Shown piece by piece: positions 20,773-32,400 of a stretch of DNA of 64,000 bases. The stretch is from NCBI GenBank assembly GCA_000002435.2, contig CM018792.1, one strand, 5' to 3'. The stretch's first letter is position 1; every line of letters begins with the position of its first letter. The DNA is from Giardia intestinalis (lineage: Eukaryota). The notes under the pieces were generated by a model. It had not been told where the DNA came from. It ran no database searches and was given only the letters and a program-made list of their open reading frames with translations. The position numbers and the translations under genes are program-made.

Positions 20773-23700
20773 ATGCAGCACGTCTTGCCGCAGTTTCAAA
20801 AAGCACAGTCTCGAGGAGCATCTGAGAGGAGATCATCTTGTTTGCAGCGCCATCCAATTAACCCACTTGCCAAGGAATTTGACTACCGAGAGTCTGAGCG
20901 GGTTTTTGCAGAGGCCTCTGTAACAACCGTTTGCGGCAACGGTCGGGACATTGCCATTGACGGCGTTCCAGGAATAGGGTCTCTTTGTAATCCGCGCGCC
21001 GTATCCATCTACGCACCCGATAATCCGCCTTATTCAGCTACAGACACATTTCATCTGCTTATCGCCGATTCTACAGGGCTACGAGTGGCTAGTCGCTCGG
21101 TTTTACGCACACTTAAGACCCTAACAACTAAGAACTCTGTAGCGTCTGTTTCCATCGCGGGGGTCGTCCAGGTTCCTTTGGGTGTGGTGTTCACAGATGA
21201 TATTCATCATAAGATAAAGCTGCTGCGCCCTCTTCCTTCCAATAAGATGCTAGACCCCTATGATTCACTTCTAGACAAAACATTTTATACGGAGCAGCGC
21301 AAGGACAAACGAAGTGCAGATGTTACGCACAGTTTGATAACTCTCTCAGGCTCTGTCGCGGGCCATGCAGACGGGCTGATCACCAAGGCGCTCTTCAACA
21401 GACCTACTGGACTCGCCAGTGCATGCAGCGGCCGAATAATTCTGATTTGCGATACCGGAAATAATTGCATTCGTTGCCTCGATATTCAAAACCACTTTGT
21501 GACTACGCTTGTGGGTACTCCTGGAAAGTCGAAGTCTGAATACATGACTAAGAGACAATCAAACCCGCTGGATCCTTTTGTGAGGGAGGCCATTCCTATT
21601 GACAAGGCAACCCTCAGAAGGCCGATGGGGATCTGCATCTCCAGTACAAAACCGGGGGTTGTTTATATAACAGACACCGGTAACCACACTGTCAAAAAGA
21701 TAGACACGATCAATCAGCTAGTTCAAAACATCGCTGGGTTAGAGGGTCAAGCGGGGTCCTCCCTGGGCTATGAGAGTATGCTCAATACACCGATAGGAAT
21801 ATGCGAACTGCCAGACAGAACGCTCTTAGTATCTGACAAGGTGGGGCTGCACCGTGTCTGTCCAGATAGATGTTTTCTTTGGCAAGTGTCAAGCACTAGA
21901 AAAAGCTCGGGCTGGAGAGACGGCCCTCTCGCAAAAGCCCTGTTCAGTAGTCCGAATGGACTTGCCTTCGACGGAGAGCACGTGTTTGTTTGCGATATTG
22001 GAAACCAGAATATCCGCATGATCACGTTTGGCGCAGTGACAGCCCAGGATGGTGCATCGGCCCTGAACGCGGCATTATCTGAGCACCAGGAAAGCAACAC
22101 CGGGAACCCTGGTGCTCCTAAGCAGGAAAGAGATGGGCGAGCTATGCCCGTTGATAGAACAGAAGACTATGGGAAACACATTAGCTATCAGAACGGTGCG
22201 CAGGACTACGATGATAACGACACTGTTGAAATACACGGGAGCAGGGCATCCTATTCTAAAGAAAAGGCAATTCCTTCTTCAGTCAAATTCACAACAGCGG
22301 ATAATATTCGCCACGTGCGGGAGCGCAAGCGAAGTGGTACTCCAGATTATGGTTACTACCGACACATGCATCGAGAAGAAAAGCAGAGAATTCAATCAGA
22401 GTCCAGTGACAGCACAGAGATGATAGAAAAAGTTGTCGTTACTCCTATGGAAGGTAGCCACGGAAAAACTTCTAATCTTAGCCCTAAGACTCTGGATGCA
22501 AGGGCACAGTCTCTGCAGGCGCGCACGGGGTACAACTTTAAGACAGTGCGAAGAACGGATTCTTCGGATGCTAACGCCTCTGAAGCGCGGGTTGGTGGCC
22601 CAATGGACCCACTGCTTAAAGAGGATGACGTTCCCAATCTTACTAAAATAGAAGTTCTTAGGGGTACAAATGCATCTCTCCATAATGCGATATTAGAACC
22701 TCATCTACAGGTTGAGAGTGTAATTGATGCCGCAAGGGTGACTGGAGCCGGCACAGCGGCTGTAGAGCAAACAGTTTTTACTAGAACGCGAAAGTCAACT
22801 GGACATGATGAGATTAGTATAAGTGGCACCCGTGTCAATCATACTCCCGATACGGTCTTAGAGCAATTTAGGGTAGAGCCGTACACTAATTCACGAGCAG
22901 GTGGAGACCACTTGATGGCTCATACACAGAACACAGCACCCCACCAACTCCAAAAGCACGAGCACTTAACAGAAGCGGAAGACGAATATACTCTATACAA
23001 GTCACTGTCATCAACTGCCAGTACTGGCGCCAGGTCCATGAACGATTGCTCATTTCCCTCACGAAATATAGACACACCAATGGTCACACTAGGGCGCTTA
23101 GACAAGAGAGCCAAGAGCAGTGCAACAAAGCAGCTTCCATACCTTAACGACCCCATGTCTCCAGAGGCTTCAGACAAGCTACAGGATGGAGGTAGCAAGA
23201 CAGGGCAGAGAAGAACTAGACCAGGGTCCCACAGAGAGTACATAGCCACCTCAATAGAGTCGGAATCGTCACGTTCTGGGTCCGATGGCCGACGATTCAG
23301 GCCAGAATCCATAAGGAAAAGATCCAGTAGCTGGGGCAGTCCACACAAATCCAAGGAGGCTTCAGATTTGCGAATATCACCCTCATTGTCAAAGAGGTTC
23401 ACCAATCCACCAAGAAACATTAACGACTTATTACTCAGCAAATACCAAGAGAAGCACAAAAGTTTCTTCGTAGCACTTGTACGGTGCTCACATAGTCACG
23501 CATCCATGGTATTCTCGCATGTTCCCAGGAGAGATGGCGAGATCACTGCATTAGACTTCTACTCCATGGTAATATCTCGTTGCATAGCTGCAAAGTTCCT
23601 CCTCCTCATGGTGAAGGTGGTGGACGGAGATCAGCTATGCACAGCTGGTTTTGACTCTCTGGGAAGACAAGCTCTGTCACTTAATGACTTCGGGAAACAT

Positions 23701-24156
23701 AACGGGGCGCATTCTCGCGGAAAGACAGCCAAGAATGCATCACTGAGTATGGGAGCAGCTGCTATCTTTTCTGTTTATGGAGACAGTGCAGACCTTTCTG
23801 TTAAAAGCATAACAGTGAGTGGAGTTAAGACTAAGATCACTACAAAGTTTGGGAAGTCACTAGACCTCTCATTGATACAATTCCCCGATCTCATTGACAG
23901 GACAATGTGGCGATCCTCGGCTCAACTCTCACAGATAATAGACAATGCAGAGATCGATGAAGAAGAAAACAAAGAAAATATAACTCTGGTGTGTCCAATA
24001 GAAATAACCTTTTCATATCAGCAGATACGGAGCACAGCAACAGTTGACCTTTTGTTAACAAATGAAAAGCTGACCTTAAGGTACACTACAGACGAGTGCA
24101 CACATCAGCTATGCGGCTTTTTGCATACACAGGCACTCTATCCAATTCAGATGTAA
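20773..24156 (+). CDS. Large hypothetical protein with an N-terminal NHL-repeat beta-propeller and a long Ser/Thr/Arg-rich low-complexity C-terminal half
   Basis: Repeated ...ICDTGNNCIRCLD / VVYITDTGNHTVKKID / VFVCDIGNQNIRMITF motifs typical of NHL repeats. The reading frame is uninterrupted for 1127 codons in a gene-dense region. Confidence 0.7.
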   Translation: MQHVLPQFQKAQSRGASERRSSCLQRHPINPLAKEFDYRESERVFAEASVTTVCGNGRDIAIDGVPGIGSLCNPRAVSIYAPDNPPYSATDTFHLLIADSTGLRVASRSVLRTLKTLTTKNSVASVSIAGVVQVPLGVVFTDDIHHKIKLLRPLPSNKMLDPYDSLLDKTFYTEQRKDKRSADVTHSLITLSGSVAGHADGLITKALFNRPTGLASACSGRIILICDTGNNCIRCLDIQNHFVTTLVGTPGKSKSEYMTKRQSNPLDPFVREAIPIDKATLRRPMGICISSTKPGVVYITDTGNHTVKKIDTINQLVQNIAGLEGQAGSSLGYESMLNTPIGICELPDRTLLVSDKVGLHRVCPDRCFLWQVSSTRKSSGWRDGPLAKALFSSPNGLAFDGEHVFVCDIGNQNIRMITFGAVTAQDGASALNAALSEHQESNTGNPGAPKQERDGRAMPVDRTEDYGKHISYQNGAQDYDDNDTVEIHGSRASYSKEKAIPSSVKFTTADNIRHVRERKRSGTPDYGYYRHMHREEKQRIQSESSDSTEMIEKVVVTPMEGSHGKTSNLSPKTLDARAQSLQARTGYNFKTVRRTDSSDANASEARVGGPMDPLLKEDDVPNLTKIEVLRGTNASLHNAILEPHLQVESVIDAARVTGAGTAAVEQTVFTRTRKSTGHDEISISGTRVNHTPDTVLEQFRVEPYTNSRAGGDHLMAHTQNTAPHQLQKHEHLTEAEDEYTLYKSLSSTASTGARSMNDCSFPSRNIDTPMVTLGRLDKRAKSSATKQLPYLNDPMSPEASDKLQDGGSKTGQRRTRPGSHREYIATSIESESSRSGSDGRRFRPESIRKRSSSWGSPHKSKEASDLRISPSLSKRFTNPPRNINDLLLSKYQEKHKSFFVALVRCSHSHASMVFSHVPRRDGEITALDFYSMVISRCIAAKFLLLMVKVVDGDQLCTAGFDSLGRQALSLNDFGKHNGAHSRGKTAKNASLSMGAAAIFSVYGDSADLSVKSITVSGVKTKITTKFGKSLDLSLIQFPDLIDRTMWRSSAQLSQIIDNAEIDEEENKENITLVCPIEITFSYQQIRSTATVDLLLTNEKLTLRYTTDECTHQLCGFLHTQALYPIQM

Positions 24157-24168
24157 ATTATTCAGCGG

Positions 24169-24969
24169 TTACTCCCATTCATGGCCAGCAGGAGCAAGCT
24201 TAAGCTGCTGCAGAGTGGCCTTAGAAAACTGGATGATCTTCTTAGCACGGTACTCAGGCCCTAGCGCCCTTTTACCATCAAATACGCGTGTCAGCTGCCT
24301 GCGCAGCTCTTCAATATACTCAGCACTGCCGAACCTAAACTCGGATACCTCCGTGGTATCGTTGATCATAATGTATTTTTTATTTTGCTCATGAACATGT
24401 GCGGCCATGGTGGGAGCAAATATCTCTGCTAGAAGCTCTGCATTTGAGGTCTCTGGCTGTGCAAGCTTGGTAGAGAACCAACGCATAAGCATAGCCTTTA
24501 GCTTATCGCGGATCCTCGCCTCAAGCTCCTCGAGAGACTGAGCGTCCTTGAAGTCCATCTCAATCCGGCCTGGCGAGGCAGCACTATTATTGGACGGGTC
24601 GGCATTGAGAGCGCCCGCCACTCGATCCTGAGTCTTTGGCACCTGGAATGAGTGCACATGCTTGAATTTCTCCTTTATGAGTTCTGCCCTCTTGATATTG
24701 ACTTCCTGGCGGCGCTTTGCACGGCTGAGAGCATCCTTTTCCTCCAGTCTACTATGACTTTGCATTTCGGCTATGTCTATGACCTGCTTGGTCAGCAACT
24801 TCTGCAACTTTTCAACCTTTGCAGCTTCTTCGTTCTCTGGCGCATCTGGGTCTTTACCCCGACGTGGAGCCTCCTGCCGCCGATCTAGGACAACTGACTC
24901 AAAGCTTGGCGTGAAGAGAAGCCCAAGGTGTGCAAAGATCCCCTCTGTGGGGGGCTGGAGCAGGTTCAT
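24169..24969 (-). CDS. Hypothetical protein (266 aa), charged and helical
   Basis: Clean ORF convergent with the NHL gene; the two stops are 12 bp apart. No recognisable domain. Confidence 0.55.
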   Translation of the reverse strand: MNLLQPPTEGIFAHLGLLFTPSFESVVLDRRQEAPRRGKDPDAPENEEAAKVEKLQKLLTKQVIDIAEMQSHSRLEEKDALSRAKRRQEVNIKRAELIKEKFKHVHSFQVPKTQDRVAGALNADPSNNSAASPGRIEMDFKDAQSLEELEARIRDKLKAMLMRWFSTKLAQPETSNAELLAEIFAPTMAAHVHEQNKKYIMINDTTEVSEFRFGSAEYIEELRRQLTRVFDGKRALGPEYRAKKIIQFSKATLQQLKLAPAGHEWE

Positions 24970-25073
24970 TATCTTCTGTAAATGTTACCTCAGGTTTGAG
25001 ATAGAATATTCTAATAAAATACTAAGAACTTTAAATTGGATTTAGCGCAAATCTGTTTGCTCACGGACGAGCC

Positions 25074-25667
25074 ATGTCGCGAATCGTTATCGACTGCAAG
25101 GGGCACATCCTGGGGCGCCTTTCCGCCATTGTTGCTAAGGAGCTTTTGCACGGGCACGAGGTTGCCCTCGTCCGCTGCGAGAAGGCGATCATTAGCGGTG
25201 CGTTCCGAGATGTCAAGGCACACTACCTCAAGAAGATGCACAAGCGCACAAACTTCAACCATCTCCGTGGCCCCTTCCACTTTCGCGCGCCCGCCGAGAT
25301 TGTGCGCAGAACGATTAGGGGCATGATTCCGTACAAGACGGTTCGTGGCAGCGACGCCATGAGCCGCCTCCGTGTCTACGACGGGATCCCTCCCTGCTGT
25401 GCGAGGTACAAGCGCGTGGTCTGCCCGTCAGCGATGGCGTACCTTTGCTTGAGGCCTGAGCGCAGAAGGTGTGAGGTCGGCCGAGTGGCCCATGAGATCG
25501 GCTGGCAGCACGCAGCAGACGTAGAGAGGTACGAGAAGAGGAGGCTGGAAGAGTGCGACAAGTGGTACCAGGACAAGATCCAAATTGACAAGAAGATCGC
25601 TGAGGCAGCCGAGAAGGACGCCGAGCTCCAGAGGATCAATGCGGAGCTCGCCAAGTATGGTTACTAG
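25074..25667 (+). CDS. RPL13A: 60S ribosomal protein L13a (uL13)
   Basis: VIDCKGHILGRLSAIVAKELLHGHEVALVRCE...RGPFHFRAPAEIVRRTIRGMIPYKT...RLRVYDGIPP matches eukaryotic L13a throughout. AGTAAAC follows the stop. Confidence 0.95.
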   Translation: MSRIVIDCKGHILGRLSAIVAKELLHGHEVALVRCEKAIISGAFRDVKAHYLKKMHKRTNFNHLRGPFHFRAPAEIVRRTIRGMIPYKTVRGSDAMSRLRVYDGIPPCCARYKRVVCPSAMAYLCLRPERRRCEVGRVAHEIGWQHAADVERYEKRRLEECDKWYQDKIQIDKKIAEAAEKDAELQRINAELAKYGY

Positions 25668-25721
25668 GCATGCTAAGCATTTACAAGCAGTAAACAGCCC
25701 CAGGTGTGTCTTCTTTGCACG

Positions 25722-26303
25722 TCATTGGGAAGGGCACTGGACGTCGCCGTCCTTCTTGAGGCTCGTGCGGCGAGCTTCGGCAGCGGCTTTCTCTGCGCTG
25801 CGGATGTCTGGAGGTTTTGTGTATGCTATGATGAGGGTGTTGTTCTGGAGCTTCAGCTTGGCGAGATTGGCCAGGTGAGGCAACTTGGCACGGCGTAAGT
25901 CTTGAATAACCAGACGCTTGAAGTACTTCTTGTTCTGTGTTTTTAGCAGGAGCTCATCATTTTCTACTGTGAGAAAATAGTTACTCTCTGGGCCAGGTAG
26001 ATTCGTTATCTTAAAGACAAATGCCGTCTCACTGTCTAGTCTAGAAACCGTTGGAGTAGACTTGGAAGCGTACATCCCAGCAACCACCTCTGTTGAACTA
26101 GCTTCAGCAACCTCTCCAACCTCTATCTCCCATGACATCTCGCGGCCCAAGTTCGTTCTGCGCCGCCACTTTCGGAGAAGAAGAAGTTGGGTATCTGCCG
26201 CAAATTCTTCAATGCATTCAGAGCCATCCTCGAAGACTGTATGTATGCGGCATACGTTGTTCTGATTTACAGCTGTCTTCTTTCCTCCCGGAATTAGGGA
26301 CAT
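25722..26303 (-). CDS. DPCD: DPCD homologue (deleted in primary ciliary dyskinesia family)
   Basis: IHTVFEDGSECIEEFAADTQLLLLRKWRRRT...WEIEVGE, ITNLPGPESNYFLTVEND...KTQNKKYFKRLVIQDL and NTLIIAYTKPPD...DGDVQCPSQ line up with human DPCD ([28 protein letters not shown]..., NLPYPKDVYSVSVDQ...TTNKKYYKKFSIPDL, CTLIISYQKP...NDGDCKTQ). Confidence 0.85.
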   Translation of the reverse strand: MSLIPGGKKTAVNQNNVCRIHTVFEDGSECIEEFAADTQLLLLRKWRRRTNLGREMSWEIEVGEVAEASSTEVVAGMYASKSTPTVSRLDSETAFVFKITNLPGPESNYFLTVENDELLLKTQNKKYFKRLVIQDLRRAKLPHLANLAKLKLQNNTLIIAYTKPPDIRSAEKAAAEARRTSLKKDGDVQCPSQ

Positions 26304-26732
26304 CTACAGCTTTCTACGCTTTATTAAAAAGGCAGGTAATGCGAACGTCTCTCGGCGGCACGCCGAAATTTCGTTGTAGATCACGACGACTCTGTTAATA
26401 CACTAATGGTCTGCACAAGGTATTGCCCATGCTGCTTTTTGAGTGATGCAAACTAGCACTTAAAAGCGCTTAAGTGCACTGGCTAAAAAGGTTCAATTGA
26501 TCGGGTTATCGAGCTGTGACAGATCCAGGATTAACTTTGAATGAGATCCATAAAGGCACTACTTTAATATATGTCAGATTGATGAGATGCAGCGTACCAG
26601 ACCAGAAGAGTGTAAGGCTTTCGATAGGCCAAACAACAGATTGAAGCCCATTTAAACTCACTATGCGGGCACATGACAAGGGAGCTTTCAAATATTGCAG
26701 CTAAACCCTACCCTTTAGGGACAGACGTTAAC

Positions 26733-27767
26733 TCAGATATCGACTAACATCAGAGTATGCATACTGTCGAGCTTTCTCAGGGATTCCTTTGCTCTTTCCA
26801 CATAACAACTAGCGTCTGAATCGGGATGGTCTGTAACGGGAGCAGCTAGTAGCTGCGCCACCGTGTCTGGACCTACACCGCTGATACGAGCATTTCCATT
26901 AATCTTAAGTGTGAGTCGAGGTATTAACGCTAGCGCATCCAAATCTTCAATGTTGTAGAGAGAGAGCGAGATCTCCAGCACATCAAGCTTCATAATAGAT
27001 AGACTGCAAATCCCCGTGTCGCGGGCATCTTGGCTTCCAAGAAGACTCTCCGATTGTGGCATGGAGCAGTGAGAGAAGTGGAGTTCTTTCAGCAGAGGGA
27101 AGCAATCAGCAATAGAAAATAAGAGTTGCGAAGAGATCCAGTGACAGTCATCAATCTCTAACAATTGTAGCTTTGAAAGTACAATAGCAGGGGTGGTACA
27201 CGTGCTCAGCATTCCAAGTTTATGAAAGAGACTTGCCCCCTTAATGAGGTCAATCGGAAACTGGCGAGAAGACGCCGTTGTGAGCTTAAGAGATAGCCTG
27301 CGCAGATTTGGAAACGTGTGATCAATGTATGAGAGTATTAGGTTTTCCGGTATGTTAAGTTGTACGTCGTGAAGCAGTAAACTTTCAATATGTTGAAGCT
27401 CATATGAAAGTGCGAAGAACGGATAGAACAGGAGGCGAGGGCTATTTCTGACAATTAGCTTCTTGACTGTGTTAGCATGGACGGCTGAGCCGAGTATCCA
27501 AAGAATCTTCTTTCCGCCTTCTATCTCGTTACTGGTAAGTTCCTCTACTAAAATGGTATGCACATCTTTACACAGCACCTCGGACATTTCGTATTTGGTG
27601 CTGAACTTGTCATTGACAAGCAGAACACCATCTTGTATTAGCGGTGACAAAGATGGGCCAGTTACGGGATCAGCCGTTGGCTGCAGTTGAGGGTCAGTTA
27701 CAGGTGTCCTAGTAGTGTTCGAAGGCATCAATAATCGCTTAAGAGGTGGAGGCATGAGAAGAGACAT
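26733..27767 (-). CDS. Hypothetical protein (344 aa), leucine-rich, possibly LRR/RNI-like
   Basis: Clean ORF with many L-rich repeats (LSLKLTT, LQLLEIDDC, LKELHFSHC, LDVLEISLSL). No firm domain call. Confidence 0.55.
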   Translation of the reverse strand: MSLLMPPPLKRLLMPSNTTRTPVTDPQLQPTADPVTGPSLSPLIQDGVLLVNDKFSTKYEMSEVLCKDVHTILVEELTSNEIEGGKKILWILGSAVHANTVKKLIVRNSPRLLFYPFFALSYELQHIESLLLHDVQLNIPENLILSYIDHTFPNLRRLSLKLTTASSRQFPIDLIKGASLFHKLGMLSTCTTPAIVLSKLQLLEIDDCHWISSQLLFSIADCFPLLKELHFSHCSMPQSESLLGSQDARDTGICSLSIMKLDVLEISLSLYNIEDLDALALIPRLTLKINGNARISGVGPDTVAQLLAAPVTDHPDSDASCYVERAKESLRKLDSMHTLMLVDI

Positions 27768-27848
27768 ATGGATATACGAGTAGATTGTCTCTAACTTTAA
27801 ATCTTCTGAGTGCCAAGACTTTTAGGATAGACCTGGTCCTCTGCAAAA

Positions 27849-29444
27849 ATGAAGCCTCCCGGTCACAAAGAGCAATGGGGGAAGGGTCTTGTAAGTCTGC
27901 ACAAAACAGTGAACGTCACTACACCGACCTGTCAAATAGTCCATGTCCTGCGACAGGCAGCAGAGAAAATGCCGCTCAGACTCGATGCTGACAAAAGCTT
28001 GGTTCAGAGTGGCAGGTTGTTATACGAAAAGGCGAACAGTCCGATAAACTATTTTCGGCGCGCCCCTTTATTTACCTACCATACCCCTAACAACGCCACA
28101 TATGAAGGCAAGATCACCCCATACACCTCAGTTTTAGGTATCCCGGCATACCGTATTACATCTGCCGCTCCCAGATCTACCACTGGAAAGCGTCGCCTAT
28201 CATCCCCATCACCTCAAGGTCCGGCAAAAATCCCAAAGGGCATGCTACCGATAACCTGCCAAGGCACTAGTATGGAAGCCCTCGAGCAGCGGAGGAAGTA
28301 CAACAATGCCATGAGGGTATTTAAAAGGCACGTTCATAGAGCACGCCTTGAGTCAGCACTCCAGACCATGACATACGACCCAGAATTTGATGCTCATGAG
28401 TATCTGCGAGATGACATTGCACACGAGCTTCGGATACGCTCCCTGGAGGCCATGAAACAGAAGTATTGCAACCAAGATGAGATTTACTTTGCAGAGTACG
28501 CCAGCTATCATCAACCGCTACTCAACTACAAAGACAAGACTACCATGGAGCACAAGCAAATACACTCTATTACATCCAATACGCAGTCATTCATTGGGCA
28601 ATGCGACAACACTCAGTACCAACTACGACCCAAAACAGATGACACTAGATTGTACGGATCAGGAGATGTACACAGTAACCAGTTAAAACGGCGAAAGAAA
28701 ATGTTGATCGATATGCGCATGGACCAGTGTTGTGATGACGACGAAACAGCTGCGTATGTGGCGATGTATGGCATCTTCAGTAAGTTCAGGGGGATGGATA
28801 TCAAGCGTGCGACAAAGATACCGCATCTAGTTAATGGAATATACAATGACCTGGCAGACTTAGTCCATCTGCGCCCTGCCCGAGCCTTCGATGCAGATAG
28901 CTCGTTTGACGCTAGAGATGAGATTGAATCACTGACAAGTGAAAACGGCGAGGATACTGAGCATTATATTTCTGGGCTGTGTAAAAGAAACGCCTCCAAA
29001 GAAGCAAGCCGATCTGAAGGGCCTCGTCGGGGCACCATACACACACCCAAGACTGTACAAAGCAAGTCGAGATCCAGACGCCATCCTTACCCAAGCGTAC
29101 AGTCCGATAAGAGACAGACAAGCACCGGATATTTACATCCAGCTCCAGGCAAACAGAATCTCCCTGGGACCATAGGTAGAGAGTCATCTCCTGTAATATC
29201 TAAGGCTAGCCCATTTATTTATCAAGCGCCTCCTATTCAACAAGGAAATCAGCATTTCACCAGCTTTGCGGTCACCGACCAATCTTTAGAAAGACCGGAC
29301 GGGGGCCTGGGCGACAGGATCGCAAACTACATTCGCACAACATTAGAACCGATCGCCATTCGTAGGGAAAGCGTTGAGGATGGATCTTCGATACGAGAAA
29401 TAAGCGAGGCTTCCATTGATCTTTCGCCCTCGTCTAAGGACTAG
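27849..29444 (+). CDS. Hypothetical protein (531 aa). The start codon is uncertain.
   Basis: Long uninterrupted ORF whose stop is 18 bp from the convergent 29463..32543 gene. Basic and Ser-rich C-terminus. Confidence 0.55.
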   Translation: MKPPGHKEQWGKGLVSLHKTVNVTTPTCQIVHVLRQAAEKMPLRLDADKSLVQSGRLLYEKANSPINYFRRAPLFTYHTPNNATYEGKITPYTSVLGIPAYRITSAAPRSTTGKRRLSSPSPQGPAKIPKGMLPITCQGTSMEALEQRRKYNNAMRVFKRHVHRARLESALQTMTYDPEFDAHEYLRDDIAHELRIRSLEAMKQKYCNQDEIYFAEYASYHQPLLNYKDKTTMEHKQIHSITSNTQSFIGQCDNTQYQLRPKTDDTRLYGSGDVHSNQLKRRKKMLIDMRMDQCCDDDETAAYVAMYGIFSKFRGMDIKRATKIPHLVNGIYNDLADLVHLRPARAFDADSSFDARDEIESLTSENGEDTEHYISGLCKRNASKEASRSEGPRRGTIHTPKTVQSKSRSRRHPYPSVQSDKRQTSTGYLHPAPGKQNLPGTIGRESSPVISKASPFIYQAPPIQQGNQHFTSFAVTDQSLERPDGGLGDRIANYIRTTLEPIAIRRESVEDGSSIREISEASIDLSPSSKD

Positions 29445-29462
29445 ATGGTAGTTAACTTGTCT

Positions 29463-32400
29463 TTAATTTTCCTCATCTGTGTTGTCACCATGGACATTTG
29501 CGCTGCTGGAGACAAAGTATCCTATGGATTCGCGTGTATTCGGGGCTGTGGCAGCTTCTTCGGCCGGCAAGCTGTCGTCGATAAATGCCGGCTCACTTGT
29601 ATCTGGAACCTTTTCCAATGAACTTATTTTTAGATCACTTGCCGTGACATCTATCCCAAAATTGACAACGCGCTGAGGGGATTGTGGCTCCTGAGCCACC
29701 CGAGGAATCCCTGCGCCTGCGGACACGGGAGGCAGGACAATCGAGTATGTGGACAGCTCGGCTGGACGAAGTCCGTCGTTCCCCTTTACATTAGGATACT
29801 CAAGAGTGGCCACATAGTCCTTGGTGCTGCCATCCCCAATGTTGCGGCTTGGCGGTGCACTTTCTTGCATGAGGGTCATGCTTCCGGGCGCAAAGTATTT
29901 GGGTGTGTCATCGTTGATCTGCGTTGCTTCAGGCGTAGCTTTGGAAAATGTGGTGAGAATTAGATCACCATCCATGTGATCGTTAGGCGTGCTAGACTTG
30001 CCCAGTGAAGCAAACAGGTGCCGTGTCTGGGTGTGCTCTGGTAACACGTCTTGCTCAAACTGTTTCGGATCCATACCCGCCTCGTTTGCACGGATGGAGA
30101 GGCTAGCGTATATCTGCTGTGTTCTATTCTCAGTATCATAGTCGGGTTCCTGAGTGGCACCTGTTAGCTTGCCAAGCAACTCGCGACGCTCATCTGGTGG
30201 TGGAAAGTTACTGATAGCTGGCTTGTTAAGTTTTGTTAATTGACTCAGTTGGCGGACTATCTCCAGGGATTGATTCCGCAGAAGGCTATCCTGTGCAGCT
30301 TCGGTGTCTGTCTTAGATTTATTTCGCTGACTATCTCTCGGTCTTTCTTTCTTTGATTGCCGCACAGTAGCATTGCGCTTCTTCTCTTCTTCAATCAACC
30401 CTGACCCGGGGCCCTTCAATGCAGGGAGAGGCAAGCTGACCGACAAATTAGCGTCATCACTTCGGAGGCGGGTGGCTTTTTTCTTTGTGGAGCTGATGTT
30501 GCTAGATACCGAATCGCTCCACTGAGGCGTTTCAATGGTGGAGTCAGATGCAGAGCGCATAGAGTTGTGGGAGACTTTCGACTTGGACGAGCCACGTTTT
30601 GCTGCCTTCTTTGGTCGTGAAGCGTCACCGGGTCGAAGGGGTACAGATGCTACTTGAGCTCCACTATGATGGCCTCCCAAGTAGGACGAACCAGGAGTGG
30701 AATCGGTCCGGGAACTATCTAGTGCTGCAGGACCACTTCGTGATGCTGTCCGCGGCCTTGTTAAGCTCTTAGACCTTCTTTCAACGAGAAGCCCATCACC
30801 GTTGGAGCTAGACCTTAGTGGGCGCGAGTTTTTCACCTGATAGTACGGGCGCCCACTGTCTGGCGTGTCCATGCTGAAATCACTGATACTGTTGTGGCGG
30901 GCAACATGCTGACTCTTAGTTGGCTTCTTTTTACGAGGCTCGGTATCTATCGATTTATAGACTGAAGCATACGATTCTGAAACGGGCACCATCCGAAGGG
31001 TGCGCTTAAAGCTTTCTTCTCCCTTGAGCATGTCAATGGCCTCGTCCATATAGTGGCACTTAAGAATACTCTCAGGCGGCGCCAGTTTTCTAAGATCATC
31101 TGGAATGTCCAAATAGCCATCATCACGAATTGTTTGGCTACCTTTTAGTATATGCCTTTGAGTGTGGAGTTTGTTTGAAAGGGCCATAAGCTCCTCTTCC
31201 TTCTCCTTTGTCATGTTCAGAGCTCTGATGGAATTTATCGCCTTGAACTCCTTATTCGAGAGCACATTTTCTTTCTCGTACTGAACCCTCCGAAGATGCA
31301 TCTCCGCCCTCTTTGTCCGTAGATCCTTCAGCAGTTCGTCCTCTAAGGCTCGTTGACGCGCATTAACAGACGTCTCAAGGATGTGTCTGCTAGAGCGAAG
31401 CTCCTCTTCTTCAAGTTTGCGCGCCTTTGCATCTTGCTTATTACGATATATCTTTCCGAAATTCTTCAGCGTTACTTCTATGCGCTGACTGGTTTCGCTG
31501 ATCCGTTCGGCGTTCTCCTTCAATTTTTCTGTAGATGCGCGCTTAGCACCTGCCAGACGACGGTTCTCCCTTAGCGCATGATCCACTGATTTGGAACGAG
31601 CAACGTCTTCCCAATACTCGTTGAACACTTTTGTGTGCCGCAGCTGATTTTCGCGCAAAGACTGCTGAAGTCTCTCCACTTCCTGCCGCTTCTTTTCTTG
31701 TGCACGCTGGCTCCTTTGTTCTCGAATAAGTTGTCGCTCCTTGAACTCAAGCTCGCGTGCCCGGTCTTCTGCCTTGCGCTCTTGGGCCAGTTGATACAAG
31801 AACTCCTCTCGAGGAACCGAGCGCGTCTTGGAGCGGACAGATTGGTCGTCGAGATAACGCTGACGACGCTGGAGCAGAGCATCATGTGCATGCATTTCCT
31901 GGATAGTCTTTGCATATGAGCGTTTCCTGCATTCCTCCTGCTGGCGCTGAAAGCTACTAAAGATCTCAAGGCGGTGCTGCTCCTGAAGAATGTACTTAAT
32001 GGCCTCGTCCTCATACTTAGCAGTCATTCTATTTTCAATCTCCTGGGCCTTCAGGCGATGCTCTTGTGCAGCCTCAAGTTGAAGCTGTTGTTGTGCTTCC
32101 TTAGCAATGCGCTGTCGGAGATTGAGCTCCACTTCCTTAATATGACGTTCAATGATTTTGGCCTTGAGCTCGTCCGGGTTATGCGTGGATGTCTGCAAAA
32201 GCCCCCCTCGCGGTGTAGATGGAGCTGAAGTAACGTTTGGAAAGCGCAAGTGGGGGTAAAGCGCAGCCTCGGCCTTCGAAATTCCTTGCTCTAAAATTAG
32301 CTGGTACTCGGCTATAGCTTGGCTCAGAGCCTCTTTCCGCATTGCCTCATAGTTATCGTAGTAGATGACAAACTCCTTATCCGTTAGATTCTTGTATGCA

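Noticed and set aside
22920-23459. 179-aa minus-strand ORF inside the NHL/low-complexity gene
   Set aside because: Antisense to a 1127-codon ORF. No features.
26570-26660. Possible box C/D snoRNA in the 430-bp spacer 26304..26732 (a TGATGA box at about 26581)
   Set aside because: No convincing D box (CTGA) or terminal stem at the right spacing. A single hexamer is not evidence.
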